This document shows positions 53,968-64,000 of a stretch of DNA of 64,000 bases, piece after piece. The DNA lies in IMG/VR virus record IMGVR_UViG_3300029305_003884, positions 64,001 through 128,000 of that record; one strand, written 5' to 3'. The position numbers and the translations under genes were made by a program. Below the pieces are notes generated by a model, which worked only from the letters and a program-made list of their open reading frames with translations, searched no databases and was not told where the DNA came from. Each line of letters opens with the position of its first letter. Positions within the stretch are counted from its first letter, which is position 1. The DNA comes from a virus (taxonomy: Duplodnaviria > Caudoviricetes).

Positions 53968-56145
53968 ATGGATAATAATGACGTCCTACAAGATGTAGTT
54001 GACAGCGTCTACCAGAAGACGTTGCTTAGTATACCAGCATCGGTTACATCTATTGCTGACGCCGTCAATGATGAGTTCATCAACAATTTCATCATGTTCT
54101 TCAAGGGAAGTCGGTTGGATTCCGTTCCTCTGTTGGACCCTCTTAACGACAAAAGCCGTCAAAAGGTGATAGAGCTTTTCGAGTCAATCGAAACTGACTT
54201 CTACAAAACCAGCAATAGTACGACAGACGTATCGACATTGCATAGGGACATGAACACCCTTAATATGTACCTTGACGGCAGGAAATCCTATGACGATGTG
54301 GTGAAGGATGCATACCATAACGTACAGAATATGGCGGGTGCGAACGCTGAAGCCGCTGAGCTTGTCAATAAGGTGAATGAGAAAAGACAGGGTATTCAGG
54401 CGTTCATGAGGCAGCGTGGGTCTTCATACGACAACGATACTCGTGAAGGAATACGCACGCATTTCTTGGAAAACGGTCTTATTTTCGAGACGACCGACTC
54501 GCAGGGTAATCCTATCGACAAGATAGTACCCGAGGAAATGCAGAAGCGTCCGAGTGAAGTTGAGGAACTGATGAACGCCGTCATGCAAGTAGTCAATAAT
54601 GCCAGAACGATTACTGGTATTTCTGACTGTAGATGGGCGGGCTTTCTTTCGGCATCTGGCCTTAAAATTGGTAAAGAGATTGTCGGTAGCGTTGAACGGG
54701 GTGACCCTATCATGCATGCATACCAGGCATGCCAGACGGTGGCCGAGGCAAGTAAGGAAAGGGCTCTTCTTCTCAAAAAGAACATCGTTCATAACGAAGA
54801 AACTTCTTTGTCGTATTCGGGTGACCCGTACATGTCATTATTGTTTGACATGATTAAGGAAGGGAAGGTGACTAAGGAGCCTACTGGCCCTATAACTATC
54901 GTTGATGCAACTAAGATAACGGTAGATGATATCAGAACACTCTATAATCATGTAAAGAGCGCTTTGTTCAATCTAGGCCCGATTGAGACCAGTCCAGTAC
55001 AGTTCACCGAGAACTTCGATGAGAAGGCAATGCGCTTGAAAGAATATATCGAGTTCATGAATAGCCGTGAGATTAGCTCTATTGTCGCTCAGGACAAAAC
55101 ACTAAAGAGCAATATGACGAAGTTGATTGCGGCATACATCCTATCAAAGTCGGTGCATGATACATTTGATGGTTGTAGCATGATGTACTCGAAGACTGAC
55201 GTCACGATGGATGATGGAAAGCTTCCATCGCTGGACACATTCAAACAGGCAATAGACACGAACTGCAAGTCATTCCCTAATTCGGACATTGACAGGGACT
55301 ATATCTTTGACTACAAGATAATGTTCACGTCTGAAATACCGTATTTCCCGATTGAACAAATTGTCAAACATAATCCGATTCTCTATAACCTGATGGTTGA
55401 ATACTCCCGCAGTTGCATGGATGACTTTACATCAAGGGTAATGGAAAAGCGTGCCAACTCAAACATACCCGTACAACATATTTCGGGTGAGTTTGCTGAC
55501 CACTTTAACGAACAGATGCGAGGTGTTGCACGTATTGATGAGTACTGCGAGAAATTGAAGATATCTACACTGGTTAATCCGACTCAGTTTGCCGATGCTT
55601 TCAATGCGGTATCTAACGGGATTGCTTATGCATCCAGCAAGGATATTAACGACACGGAGACTGAGTACAGGCTTTGGTCAATTCTGAAGACTCTTGCAAG
55701 CAAGACGCCCGAAGCTCTCGGAAATGACGTGAAGAAGGAATTCATCAATGTCTCACATGTACAAGAAGACCTGTTGTTTAGACTGAATCTTGCTATCAGT
55801 GCTGGCGTTCTTTCAAAGAAATCGGGATACCACTTCTCGGGTAACTTCGGTACGGTTACGGAAGGACGAAATCCACAGGCCACACGTATCGACCGAATCA
55901 TGAAGATATTCTATGCATATATTATTGGGTTGCGTTTCATTAAGACTAATGCCGCATTGGCAATGGTGGGCTACCCAAGAATAATGAGCATGAAACTGGT
56001 CAAGCCTTACATGAACAAGATATATGAATTGGTGAAGGAATACAATACCGCCTTTGAGGAAAACCATGCCGAGACATTGCAATGCTCACGGGAGTGGTCG
56101 GATAAAATAATTGCCGAGCTTGAAAGGTGTTTTAGGAGGGTTTAA
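53968..56145 (+). CDS. Hypothetical helical late protein (725 aa)
   Basis: Long ORF in the late operon. Confidence 0.7.
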   Translation: MDNNDVLQDVVDSVYQKTLLSIPASVTSIADAVNDEFINNFIMFFKGSRLDSVPLLDPLNDKSRQKVIELFESIETDFYKTSNSTTDVSTLHRDMNTLNMYLDGRKSYDDVVKDAYHNVQNMAGANAEAAELVNKVNEKRQGIQAFMRQRGSSYDNDTREGIRTHFLENGLIFETTDSQGNPIDKIVPEEMQKRPSEVEELMNAVMQVVNNARTITGISDCRWAGFLSASGLKIGKEIVGSVERGDPIMHAYQACQTVAEASKERALLLKKNIVHNEETSLSYSGDPYMSLLFDMIKEGKVTKEPTGPITIVDATKITVDDIRTLYNHVKSALFNLGPIETSPVQFTENFDEKAMRLKEYIEFMNSREISSIVAQDKTLKSNMTKLIAAYILSKSVHDTFDGCSMMYSKTDVTMDDGKLPSLDTFKQAIDTNCKSFPNSDIDRDYIFDYKIMFTSEIPYFPIEQIVKHNPILYNLMVEYSRSCMDDFTSRVMEKRANSNIPVQHISGEFADHFNEQMRGVARIDEYCEKLKISTLVNPTQFADAFNAVSNGIAYASSKDINDTETEYRLWSILKTLASKTPEALGNDVKKEFINVSHVQEDLLFRLNLAISAGVLSKKSGYHFSGNFGTVTEGRNPQATRIDRIMKIFYAYIIGLRFIKTNAALAMVGYPRIMSMKLVKPYMNKIYELVKEYNTAFEENHAETLQCSREWSDKIIAELERCFRRV

Positions 56146-56147
56146 AG

Positions 56148-57539
56148 ATGTCCGCTAGGTTGGAACTTTACAAATATACAGGAAAGGATGGAGACTTCGG
56201 CACACATGTCGAGAGTCTTGGTCTCAAACGCATCGACACATGCGTTCCCTCGGTTTACTCTGATAAACATTCGGACGGAGAAACTAAACCGTCGGATGAT
56301 GCAAGCGACAGTGCGACATACTGCATTTACAGGCCTGACGACCCTGAGTGCAAGGCATACTCTTTCGAGTGTGTTTTCAAGCTCGTGTTGAAGGACCCGC
56401 CCGATGTACAGTTGAGCAACGTACGTCTGTATCCAGTCGGACCTCGACCAGAGGAACCAGATACTGCAAGGCTGTATATAGGCAATTCGGTGGACTATCA
56501 CCAGCCGACGAACAGCAAGTCGGTAATCGCCGTAAACGACATCTGGAATTACAGCAAGGACCATCCATTCTACCTGACGGTGGCTGGAAACAGCGGTCAG
56601 ATGCTCGACTATCGTCTGACGAATACGTCGTACAATGTCGAGTGGAAGGACTATGGTTTTGGCAACGTAATGGTCATGAACGGTATCCGTCAGCCGATGA
56701 TACCAGTCCCGAACAAGCAGGACGGTACTCCTGTAATGATTACGTTCTTCAACCACACGTTCATGCCTACCGAGGACGACTTCATCAGGTTTGTCGACCC
56801 GGCCACAGGCGTAGACATCACTGGCGACAGCTCCTTTGTCGTAGACCGTGGAGTTGGCGAGAATAACGTGAAGTATCTGACGATATCGGTTGACGTGAAG
56901 TTTATGCTCGCCCACCCGAAGGGAATCATCTATCATATTCCTGGTTTCCCTCCGACTACTGGCTACTTTATTTCATGGGCGTTGTTGCCTTCTCAGGCCG
57001 AACCTGGTGGAAAGGTTACGGACAAGTTGATTGAGACAGTGGACGTGCAGGTTAAGTGCGGTCCACACGGTCATCCAGAATACTACCTTAACGGTGCAAG
57101 GAAGCCAATGCTGACCTTGGCCCCTGGTGTAATCTACCATTTCATCAACCATGACGGCTCCCGTTTCCCGATGAGGTTCATCAAGGATTGCCGAATCCCG
57201 AACGCCGCTGATGTTAATAACATAGTGGTTGATGGCGTAACTGTCCTCAACGGGGGTACTGACCAGGAAGAAATCTTTGTTGACCCAGAAATTACCTTGA
57301 AACATGGTGCCTGCATAAACGCCTACGAGGCTGTATGCGAGCTGAATGTTGGTAATTCGGCGTTCGTCCACCCGATTTGCATGGTCGGAAACTACAATAT
57401 CTGCCGTCCGATGGGTTCGATTTACAACCCGATGCTGGCGGGAGAGACGGATTACGTCTACTTGCAGCTTGAAATCGACGGAAAGACCAAGCCAGGGTAC
57501 TGTGTTCCCGACATTAAGATAGAATATGATGAAAACTAA
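56148..57539 (+). CDS. Hypothetical beta-rich protein, probably virion structural
   Basis: AGGAGG RBS; late operon. Confidence 0.65.
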   Translation: MSARLELYKYTGKDGDFGTHVESLGLKRIDTCVPSVYSDKHSDGETKPSDDASDSATYCIYRPDDPECKAYSFECVFKLVLKDPPDVQLSNVRLYPVGPRPEEPDTARLYIGNSVDYHQPTNSKSVIAVNDIWNYSKDHPFYLTVAGNSGQMLDYRLTNTSYNVEWKDYGFGNVMVMNGIRQPMIPVPNKQDGTPVMITFFNHTFMPTEDDFIRFVDPATGVDITGDSSFVVDRGVGENNVKYLTISVDVKFMLAHPKGIIYHIPGFPPTTGYFISWALLPSQAEPGGKVTDKLIETVDVQVKCGPHGHPEYYLNGARKPMLTLAPGVIYHFINHDGSRFPMRFIKDCRIPNAADVNNIVVDGVTVLNGGTDQEEIFVDPEITLKHGACINAYEAVCELNVGNSAFVHPICMVGNYNICRPMGSIYNPMLAGETDYVYLQLEIDGKTKPGYCVPDIKIEYDEN

Positions 57540-57602
57540 TTTTTAACAGCTGATTAAATCCTATAAACTATGTGTATAATGAATCGTTTTACGAGGAAGA
57601 AA

Positions 57603-59075
57603 ATGTCTAACGAAAAAGAACAGAAACCAACGGTGCTTGAAGCAAACATGGCCTTTGATGCTTCGCCCGCTCTTTTCGAGTCAATTATGAACGAAGGTCC
57701 CATCAAGTATGGACCGGAAGACGACGGTATTGACATGATTACTACCCCAGAAGGTGATGAGGTTGTAGACCCTCGTACCATCATGGACGTTAATATCGAA
57801 GCTCCCGTACAGTCTGGTGCGACATTCAATTCAACAGTTGACCCGATTTCCGATGAAGAAGGCGACAACTACATGAGTCAGTTCCAGGACTACATCGAGA
57901 ATATCCACAAGCAGGAAATCACTGATGACGATATTGACGTGGCTGGTGCAACGATTCAGATGTTGAATAACACTAGACAGGACGTTGCTGGTTACATCCG
58001 TCAGCAGATTGCCGACGCATCCGAACGTCTTAGCAAGCAGAATGCCAACCCTGCACAGCCTGATGGCGTTGTTGCCGACATGACTGGCGAGGGCCGTATC
58101 CCGAGCGAAGGTACTGCTGGTGTTAGCGATGGTGCCGAAGGTGGTCTGGAACCTGGCATGGAAGAAGGCGCACCTGACCTTGGCGATGGCGGACTTGTCG
58201 AACTCGACACTACCACTCATCTCACCCCAGAGGAAGATGCTGGTGCTGGTGAAGACCTTGGTGCCATGTCTTCTGACCCCGACTTCGGTATTGGCGGTTT
58301 TGATGCTGGTAACGAAGCTCCTGCTGAACCTGCCGAACCTGCTCTTGAAGAGCCTGCTGAACCTGCTGCTGGTGAAGAAACTCCTGCCGAACCTGAAAGT
58401 GCAGAAGAACCTGCAGGAGGAGAGGAAGAGTACGACCCTTTTAGCGACCTAGACCTTGGCGACGAAGAACCGAAGTCCGGCGAAGGTGCTTCCGAGGAAG
58501 GTGCTGCTGAAGGTGGCGAATCGGAAAGTGGCGAAGTTTCAGAAGATGAACTTCCTGGTGTCGTTGACGATGGCGAAGGCGAAGGCGATGGTGACGGCGA
58601 AGAAGAGGACAAGGGTGAAAAGCCGTTGACTGAATCCGTCCAGATGAGAAACTTTCGTGCCCGTCTCGAATCCGTGCTGAACAACTACGACAGAATCTGT
58701 AAGCAGCGTGAAGCACAGGCAAAGTGCGAAGCCATTGTGAACGCAGCCAACAAGAAGATGCTCGCTGAATCCGTACAGCAAAAGAACCTCAAGGCGCAGT
58801 GCGAATCTATCGTTGGTGCTTACCGTAAGGCCACTAGCCAGAGCAGACTGAAAACCAAGCTTGAATCTATCGTTGGCAAGTACAACCAGCAGAAGATGCT
58901 CGCTGAATCGGCTTCTTTCGCTGCTCCGCAGAGTAAGCCTATGCTTGAAAGCGAAAACCGTCTTGCAATGATGAAGGCTCAGTGCGAGTCCATCGTTAGC
59001 GACTTCCGCAGGGCAGAATCCACTGCAAATGCGGCAAAGGCGATTATCGATAACTACAAGCAGAAGCTCGCCTAA
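57603..59075 (+). CDS. Acidic prohead core/scaffold-like protein
   Basis: Own late box at 57562-57570; GAGGA RBS; very acidic disordered centre; many hydrophobic-x-E-S/A motifs. Confidence 0.5.
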   Translation: MSNEKEQKPTVLEANMAFDASPALFESIMNEGPIKYGPEDDGIDMITTPEGDEVVDPRTIMDVNIEAPVQSGATFNSTVDPISDEEGDNYMSQFQDYIENIHKQEITDDDIDVAGATIQMLNNTRQDVAGYIRQQIADASERLSKQNANPAQPDGVVADMTGEGRIPSEGTAGVSDGAEGGLEPGMEEGAPDLGDGGLVELDTTTHLTPEEDAGAGEDLGAMSSDPDFGIGGFDAGNEAPAEPAEPALEEPAEPAAGEETPAEPESAEEPAGGEEEYDPFSDLDLGDEEPKSGEGASEEGAAEGGESESGEVSEDELPGVVDDGEGEGDGDGEEEDKGEKPLTESVQMRNFRARLESVLNNYDRICKQREAQAKCEAIVNAANKKMLAESVQQKNLKAQCESIVGAYRKATSQSRLKTKLESIVGKYNQQKMLAESASFAAPQSKPMLESENRLAMMKAQCESIVSDFRRAESTANAAKAIIDNYKQKLA

Positions 59076-59102
59076 TACGGTCTGTAATATATTTCATTAG
59101 AC

Positions 59103-59129
59103 GGCGTAAGTATTTACGCCGCCTTTTTT
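59103..59129 (+). terminator. Rho-independent terminator
   Basis: GGCGTAAG-TA-TTTACGCC followed by GCCTTTTTT. Confidence 0.6.
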
Positions 59130-59185
59130 ATGGTCTGAAATTCGTACCAGATTATAAACTATTTTTGAAATAAAGGCAGTTTATT

Positions 59186-61789
59186 ATGGCAACTAACATA
59201 TCTCGAAAATACACCAACATATCGTATGATGACATCAGGGACAACCTGTTGACCATCTTTAAGGCTAAGGGTGGCAAGCTTGCTGATTTCAGCACATCTT
59301 CATACGGAAGAATGATGATTGAACTCTTCTCTGGCGTAGCGGACCTTATGGCCTACTACGGTGAAAGCTCGTTCAACAACGCCTTCCTTGAAACTGCCTA
59401 CAACACCCCTGCCATCTATGCTGGTGCGAGAATGCTTGGATACAGCATCCGCCGCCCAGTTCCTGCAAAGGCTGCCTTCGCTATACAGACCAAGAAGACT
59501 GGCGTCTATGGCAAGATTAAGATTTTCATCCCTATGGGCACCCAGTTCAGTATCGGTAGCAGCATCCTTACTGCCGTCAGTGATTCCGAATGGGAATATG
59601 ACCGTAACAACGACCCCGATGAAACGGGCTTGCTGAAACTGATATCGGGAACATGTGTTTGTGCTGAGGGATACTTCAAGGAAACTGTCTTCGTGTCTAA
59701 CGGAACTCAGAACCAGACCTTCTATCTTGCTGATGGCGGGTTTAGTGACTATTTCGGGGAAAATGACCCCAACTATGCCGAAGACCATAAGTTTGAAAGC
59801 AGGAAGAATACTTTCACGAGCGTAACTACTGATGCTTCCCTTGTCGACAACTTCGACAGCACGGATGCCATCAATGGCAACATCTATTGGAGAATCTCCC
59901 GCAGAGGCTTCATTGACCCAGCCTTGGAAAACAAGGTGAACGACATCGAGGCTTTCGTGGAAGGCGAAAACTCCACGACCAACTATACGGTCTTGCTTGA
60001 AACTGCCAACGACGGAAGCGTTCAGGTTAGGTTTGGTGACGGTCTGAAATCCGCCATTCCTTACGGAGAAGTGAAGGTTCACTACTTCTACACCAACGGT
60101 GAGCGTGGAAACCTCATCAATGTTGTCGGAACGAAGATTAACCCGTACAAGTCCAACATTCACATCAGGAACGAGTACGAAAACGAATCCGATATCAAGC
60201 TGGATGACCTGAGTTTCGCCTTGACGAGCGATGTGAGGGGTGGTCTCGATATTGAAAGTATCGACTCCATCAAGAATAACGCCCCGTCAATCTATGCTAC
60301 TTTGGATAGGCTGGTGAACAAGCTGAGTTACCAGATATTCCTCAGCAGGTATGCCGACATCAAGTATGCTACGGCATTTGGCGAGGACATTCTGAATACG
60401 AAGCTGCCTGACGGAACGCTTGACATCAAGTATATGAACCAGGTAAGGTTTACCGCAATCAAGGACCTTTACAGGTTGAAGGAAGATAAGTATTATCCTA
60501 CCGCACCTGACGAGTATTTCCTCTCTGGATTCAAGGTTAACGGCTTGATGTACATCTGGCAATATGACAACCAGAAGATGCCCGACAAGACATGTGCATA
60601 CAAGTTCAGGGATGCGATGGAAACCGCTGTGAATAACATAGCGGAAGTCCTGTACAACAACGACCCATCGCACAACGTCGAGTATTACAAACAGATGATG
60701 GTAAATGCAGTTCCTCATGGCCAGTCATTCCAGGATGTCGTCACCTTGCCGTATGTCGATACGGTGTTCGGTGCTAAGCTGACCCCGTATGACTTTGTCG
60801 AGGTAGGAAGCGAAATTGACAGCATAATGAGGGCTCTGAACCGTCGTGGTATGATTACGGTTGGCGCTGGATACCACATGTATGTGTACCCAGTTGTGCA
60901 TAACTACAACATTAAGCTTGACCTTATCCTGTATCGTGGAAACAACTTCAGTGACATCAAGGAAAAGCTGAAATACAACGTATACAAGTACCTCAAAGAC
61001 AATACAGATTTCAAGACTGGAATTTACAGGTCGAGGATTGCCTCCCTGATTCACGCTTTCCCCGAAGTGGCTGGCGTTAATGTCACGTTCGAGGCGGCAA
61101 ACGACATGTATGACAACCTGGATTTGACCGAGTTGACATGGATGGGTGATGCGACGAGTGAGTACATCACTTCTGGCTCGATAGGCAAGGAAGGATTCAA
61201 CATTACGCTCGACTACACGCACCATGCACCTGGTCATGAGTCCTATACGGAATCTCTCACGTTCCCCGTTCCGTCTCAGACGGAAATGTCTAGCCTTATC
61301 AGCGCCTACTACAAGCAGTATCTGGCAACTACGGCAGATGGCAGGTATGTCATCAGGGAAGGAATCAACGAGGATGACGTAGACAAGTTCGTCGCCTATA
61401 TTTGGGACCTTTTGATGCAGTCCATGTTCAAGTCGATTTATGCCGCATACAAGGATACCCGTGGAACGGGAGACCTCGACCGTGCGAACAGGTATTACGA
61501 CTTGATTGATGCGATAAAGGGATGGACGCTGACGAAGGAAAATAAGCTGGCTTTCGTCGATACGGACGTTGTGACTTCCTTGAAGGAAACGAACGGAAAC
61601 TTCATGTATGACTACATCCGTTACGGATTGGAATACGTGAAGCTGGTCAGAAACATCCTCCTCTACAAGGTTGCCAAGAGCCTTATCGACAAGGACGGAA
61701 ACATCACGAACTATTCTATGGACAATGAGATTGTCCAGTGCGAGATACATCCCGAGGACATCACGATTTCCTACGACAGGGAAATCTAA
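59186..61789 (+). CDS. gp6: Baseplate wedge subunit gp6
   Basis: YD.IR..L...DF..S....IEL, FLETA..A..LGY, V.FGDG, T.GE.GN, GG.D.ESI.SIK.NAP..Y...R.V...Y; late box at 59153-59161. Confidence 0.88.
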   Translation: MATNISRKYTNISYDDIRDNLLTIFKAKGGKLADFSTSSYGRMMIELFSGVADLMAYYGESSFNNAFLETAYNTPAIYAGARMLGYSIRRPVPAKAAFAIQTKKTGVYGKIKIFIPMGTQFSIGSSILTAVSDSEWEYDRNNDPDETGLLKLISGTCVCAEGYFKETVFVSNGTQNQTFYLADGGFSDYFGENDPNYAEDHKFESRKNTFTSVTTDASLVDNFDSTDAINGNIYWRISRRGFIDPALENKVNDIEAFVEGENSTTNYTVLLETANDGSVQVRFGDGLKSAIPYGEVKVHYFYTNGERGNLINVVGTKINPYKSNIHIRNEYENESDIKLDDLSFALTSDVRGGLDIESIDSIKNNAPSIYATLDRLVNKLSYQIFLSRYADIKYATAFGEDILNTKLPDGTLDIKYMNQVRFTAIKDLYRLKEDKYYPTAPDEYFLSGFKVNGLMYIWQYDNQKMPDKTCAYKFRDAMETAVNNIAEVLYNNDPSHNVEYYKQMMVNAVPHGQSFQDVVTLPYVDTVFGAKLTPYDFVEVGSEIDSIMRALNRRGMITVGAGYHMYVYPVVHNYNIKLDLILYRGNNFSDIKEKLKYNVYKYLKDNTDFKTGIYRSRIASLIHAFPEVAGVNVTFEAANDMYDNLDLTELTWMGDATSEYITSGSIGKEGFNITLDYTHHAPGHESYTESLTFPVPSQTEMSSLISAYYKQYLATTADGRYVIREGINEDDVDKFVAYIWDLLMQSMFKSIYAAYKDTRGTGDLDRANRYYDLIDAIKGWTLTKENKLAFVDTDVVTSLKETNGNFMYDYIRYGLEYVKLVRNILLYKVAKSLIDKDGNITNYSMDNEIVQCEIHPEDITISYDREI

Positions 61790-61798
61790 GGGGCGATA

Positions 61799-64000
61799 AT
61801 GGCAAAGAATCCTATTGCAGTAAATGACGGCGGTCTATTCCGCTTCGTAGATTTCATGAACTACGTCCCAGACTTCCTGAAGGAAGAAGAGGACGTTGTT
61901 ACCCTTATGCAGCTGTTCAGCGACTACCTGAACAACGCTTACAGGAACCTCGAAGATTCGACTAGGTTTACGTTCAACTTTTTTGCTACCGAGAGTACGG
62001 CAAAGGCGATGAAGAACCGCATTGACGAGTTTGTCAAGAAACTGTCTGCATGCGATAGCAACAACCTTTATGTGTACTACCTGTCATTGCCTAGAACCAA
62101 TGCTACGTACAATACGACGAAGGCGTTGAGTTATATCAAGAACAACATCTATTATGAGGGTGAGTTTAGCGAGACAATCCCTCTGGATGTGTACAAGAAC
62201 ATGATGAAGGGCAATAGCAGTGGCGACCCGTCGAACGATGGTGACGTAATCTATATCCAGTACAAGGACAATAGCGTTTATCCGTATTACATTAACAAGG
62301 CAGATAACCTGTTGGTGCTCGACCCGATGAGGACTTCGCAGGACCCGTTCAAGAATACGATGAATGCGATGATTAACGGCGCCCCTCGTGTGATTAAGTT
62401 CATCCCGAAAGATGTGAGCGAAGCTGTTGTTTCCTTTGTCGGTCAGATTAACAACGCCAATGTGTACAGCATCAAGTTCGATGTCACGATTGACGAGGTG
62501 GAGAATTCCCCGTCGAGATACCGTGAGGAAATCGGTACCGACACCATTGATGTAGACCTTTATAAATACTTTGGTGAAAATACCAATTATGTTTCCATAG
62601 ACAACGCCAACGGTGGCGAGATTTTCAGCTGGAATGGCGATGCTCCGACTGGAATATTCTACTTCAAGGACCTGTATGAGTTCATGAACGGAAAGGACTC
62701 GTATATCTATCAGGAATACAGGATAGAAAAGGTAGAGTTTATCGAGAACGAACAGAATCCGAACCAGTCTGGCTCTGGATATCTGACTTTGTCCAATGTG
62801 GTCAACCTTAATGTAGGCGATTCGTTCATTATTGAAAGCAACGAGATTGTCGGAACTAGCGGCGCCCGTGATGTGACGCTGGCTGGTCAGTATACTGTCG
62901 AGACCGCACCTTGCGGAAACATATTGAAGGTAAAGTTCAGGGATGTGATAGACCTTACTCCTGGCGTATCTCGTGTAAAATACATGACTATGCCCAACAG
63001 GCTGTATAAGTATGCGGTGTCTTATTCTCATCTTGGTTACGATTATGGCAATGTAACGCCGAAACTCGAATGGGACCCAGACGCTTCCATAAATGCGGAA
63101 GCGGTTAAGGTAGGCGATACTGTATATCCGTACACGACTAGGGGTAACAAGAAGATTGGCGAACTCCGTTTTGAAAACATGTACAGTTTTGAGGACGACC
63201 CTAACGATTCCGATAACTACATAAACGTGAAGGTTAAGAATTTCGTGGATATTCCAGGTACTATCGAAATCATTGCGGGTAACCACTACTATTTCGAATG
63301 CCGCCATGATGAGATGGAATCCGAAGAATGGGTCGATGCGCTTGACAGTGCGTTTGGTGATGCTTTTGATACTCCATTGGCAAGCTATTCCGTATCTGGC
63401 GGACGTTCGTATTTCAGAAAACTGACAGATAACGGACAGGTTAAGTTCCCGTTGGGAAAACGAAGCATAAAGAGGGCTGATGCAGATTCGTTGGTGGTCG
63501 ATGTATATGCGATGGATGCTGCGATGGGATACTTTACAGACGAATATGATGCCCGAGATGTGGAGATGCACAGCGATGTCGTTCCTGAAGTAGGCGACTT
63601 CTGTTTAATATCAAAAATTGAGCGTGGTGATGAAGGAATTATTCGAACCGAAGATAACAAATTGTATACGATTCAGCAGGCCACTCTGATGGACCCTGCT
63701 GGTGCAAAGTATCATGTATGGTTTGATAAGGATATTCCTGAAATAACCGATGGAAACGATGAACCTACGATAAATGGATTATATGAGTTCACATTCTTGA
63801 AAGGACCCGCTAATAGGTCAAGGGCGGTTATTGGTTCAGTTGAAGGTAATACGGCAAAATGCCGTTATTGGTATGAAGATATATACACTGCGGATTACTG
63901 GATGCCGTCGGACGGTTCCTATCTGCTGAAGTGTGCCTACAAAGATGAATTTAATGATGTCATACGGATTAAGGAATTTATCCCTGGCAATGGATACAAG
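61799..64000 (+). CDS. Large baseplate protein, gp7-like; runs off the window end
   Basis: ATG 61799 reads MAKNPIAVNDGGLFRFVDFMNYVPDFLKEEEDVVTLMQLFSDYL..., directly after gp6. Absent from the ORF track, consistent with no stop before the window end. Confidence 0.6.
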   Translation, partial: MAKNPIAVNDGGLFRFVDFMNYVPDFLKEEEDVVTLMQLFSDYLNNAYRNLEDSTRFTFNFFATESTAKAMKNRIDEFVKKLSACDSNNLYVYYLSLPRTNATYNTTKALSYIKNNIYYEGEFSETIPLDVYKNMMKGNSSGDPSNDGDVIYIQYKDNSVYPYYINKADNLLVLDPMRTSQDPFKNTMNAMINGAPRVIKFIPKDVSEAVVSFVGQINNANVYSIKFDVTIDEVENSPSRYREEIGTDTIDVDLYKYFGENTNYVSIDNANGGEIFSWNGDAPTGIFYFKDLYEFMNGKDSYIYQEYRIEKVEFIENEQNPNQSGSGYLTLSNVVNLNVGDSFIIESNEIVGTSGARDVTLAGQYTVETAPCGNILKVKFRDVIDLTPGVSRVKYMTMPNRLYKYAVSYSHLGYDYGNVTPKLEWDPDASINAEAVKVGDTVYPYTTRGNKKIGELRFENMYSFEDDPNDSDNYINVKVKNFVDIPGTIEIIAGNHYYFECRHDEMESEEWVDALDSAFGDAFDTPLASYSVSGGRSYFRKLTDNGQVKFPLGKRSIKRADADSLVVDVYAMDAAMGYFTDEYDARDVEMHSDVVPEVGDFCLISKIERGDEGIIRTEDNKLYTIQQATLMDPAGAKYHVWFDKDIPEITDGNDEPTINGLYEFTFLKGPANRSRAVIGSVEGNTAKCRYWYEDIYTADYWMPSDGSYLLKCAYKDEFNDVIRIKEFIPGNGYK

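Noticed and set aside
1-64000. CRISPR arrays, tRNAs, introns/inteins, integrase or transposase
   Set aside because: None recognised by eye; core genes are uninterrupted and of plausible size. tRNAscan, cmscan and CRISPR finders would be needed to exclude them formally.

Overview
The window is a segment of a large lytic T4-like (myovirus) phage genome read in the standard code. Recognisable core genes are dda, late sigma factor gp55, gp46, portal gp20, major capsid gp23, uvsW, rnh, uvsY, uvsX, helicase gp41, SSB gp32, clamp gp45, primase gp61, a probable scaffold, baseplate gp6, and a gp7-like ORF running off the right end. Gene order is strongly shuffled relative to T4. Accessory genes include a GNAT, three glycosyltransferase-like genes, a membrane-anchored DHFR-like protein, an outer-membrane beta-barrel, two NUDIX paralogues, an OFA-family MFS transporter, a DHH phosphoesterase, DnaJ and a PolA/T7-RNAP-like palm protein. 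Three promoter classes are readable: sigma70-type TTGACA-N17-TATATT, an AAAATGTATTTT class, and a late TATAAACTA box. The most interesting observations are: (1) a shared N-terminal ~21-aa leader on three unrelated late proteins, a candidate capsid-packaging tag present on one NUDIX paralogue and absent from the other; (2) a perfect chromosomal-type parS palindrome; (3) a ~255-nt highly structured ncRNA with its own promoter and terminator; (4) a TV-Pol-like family-A polymerase; (5) a 1660-aa gp25 fusion carrying adhesin-like domains. All protein calls come from motif recognition by eye; no database searches were run.
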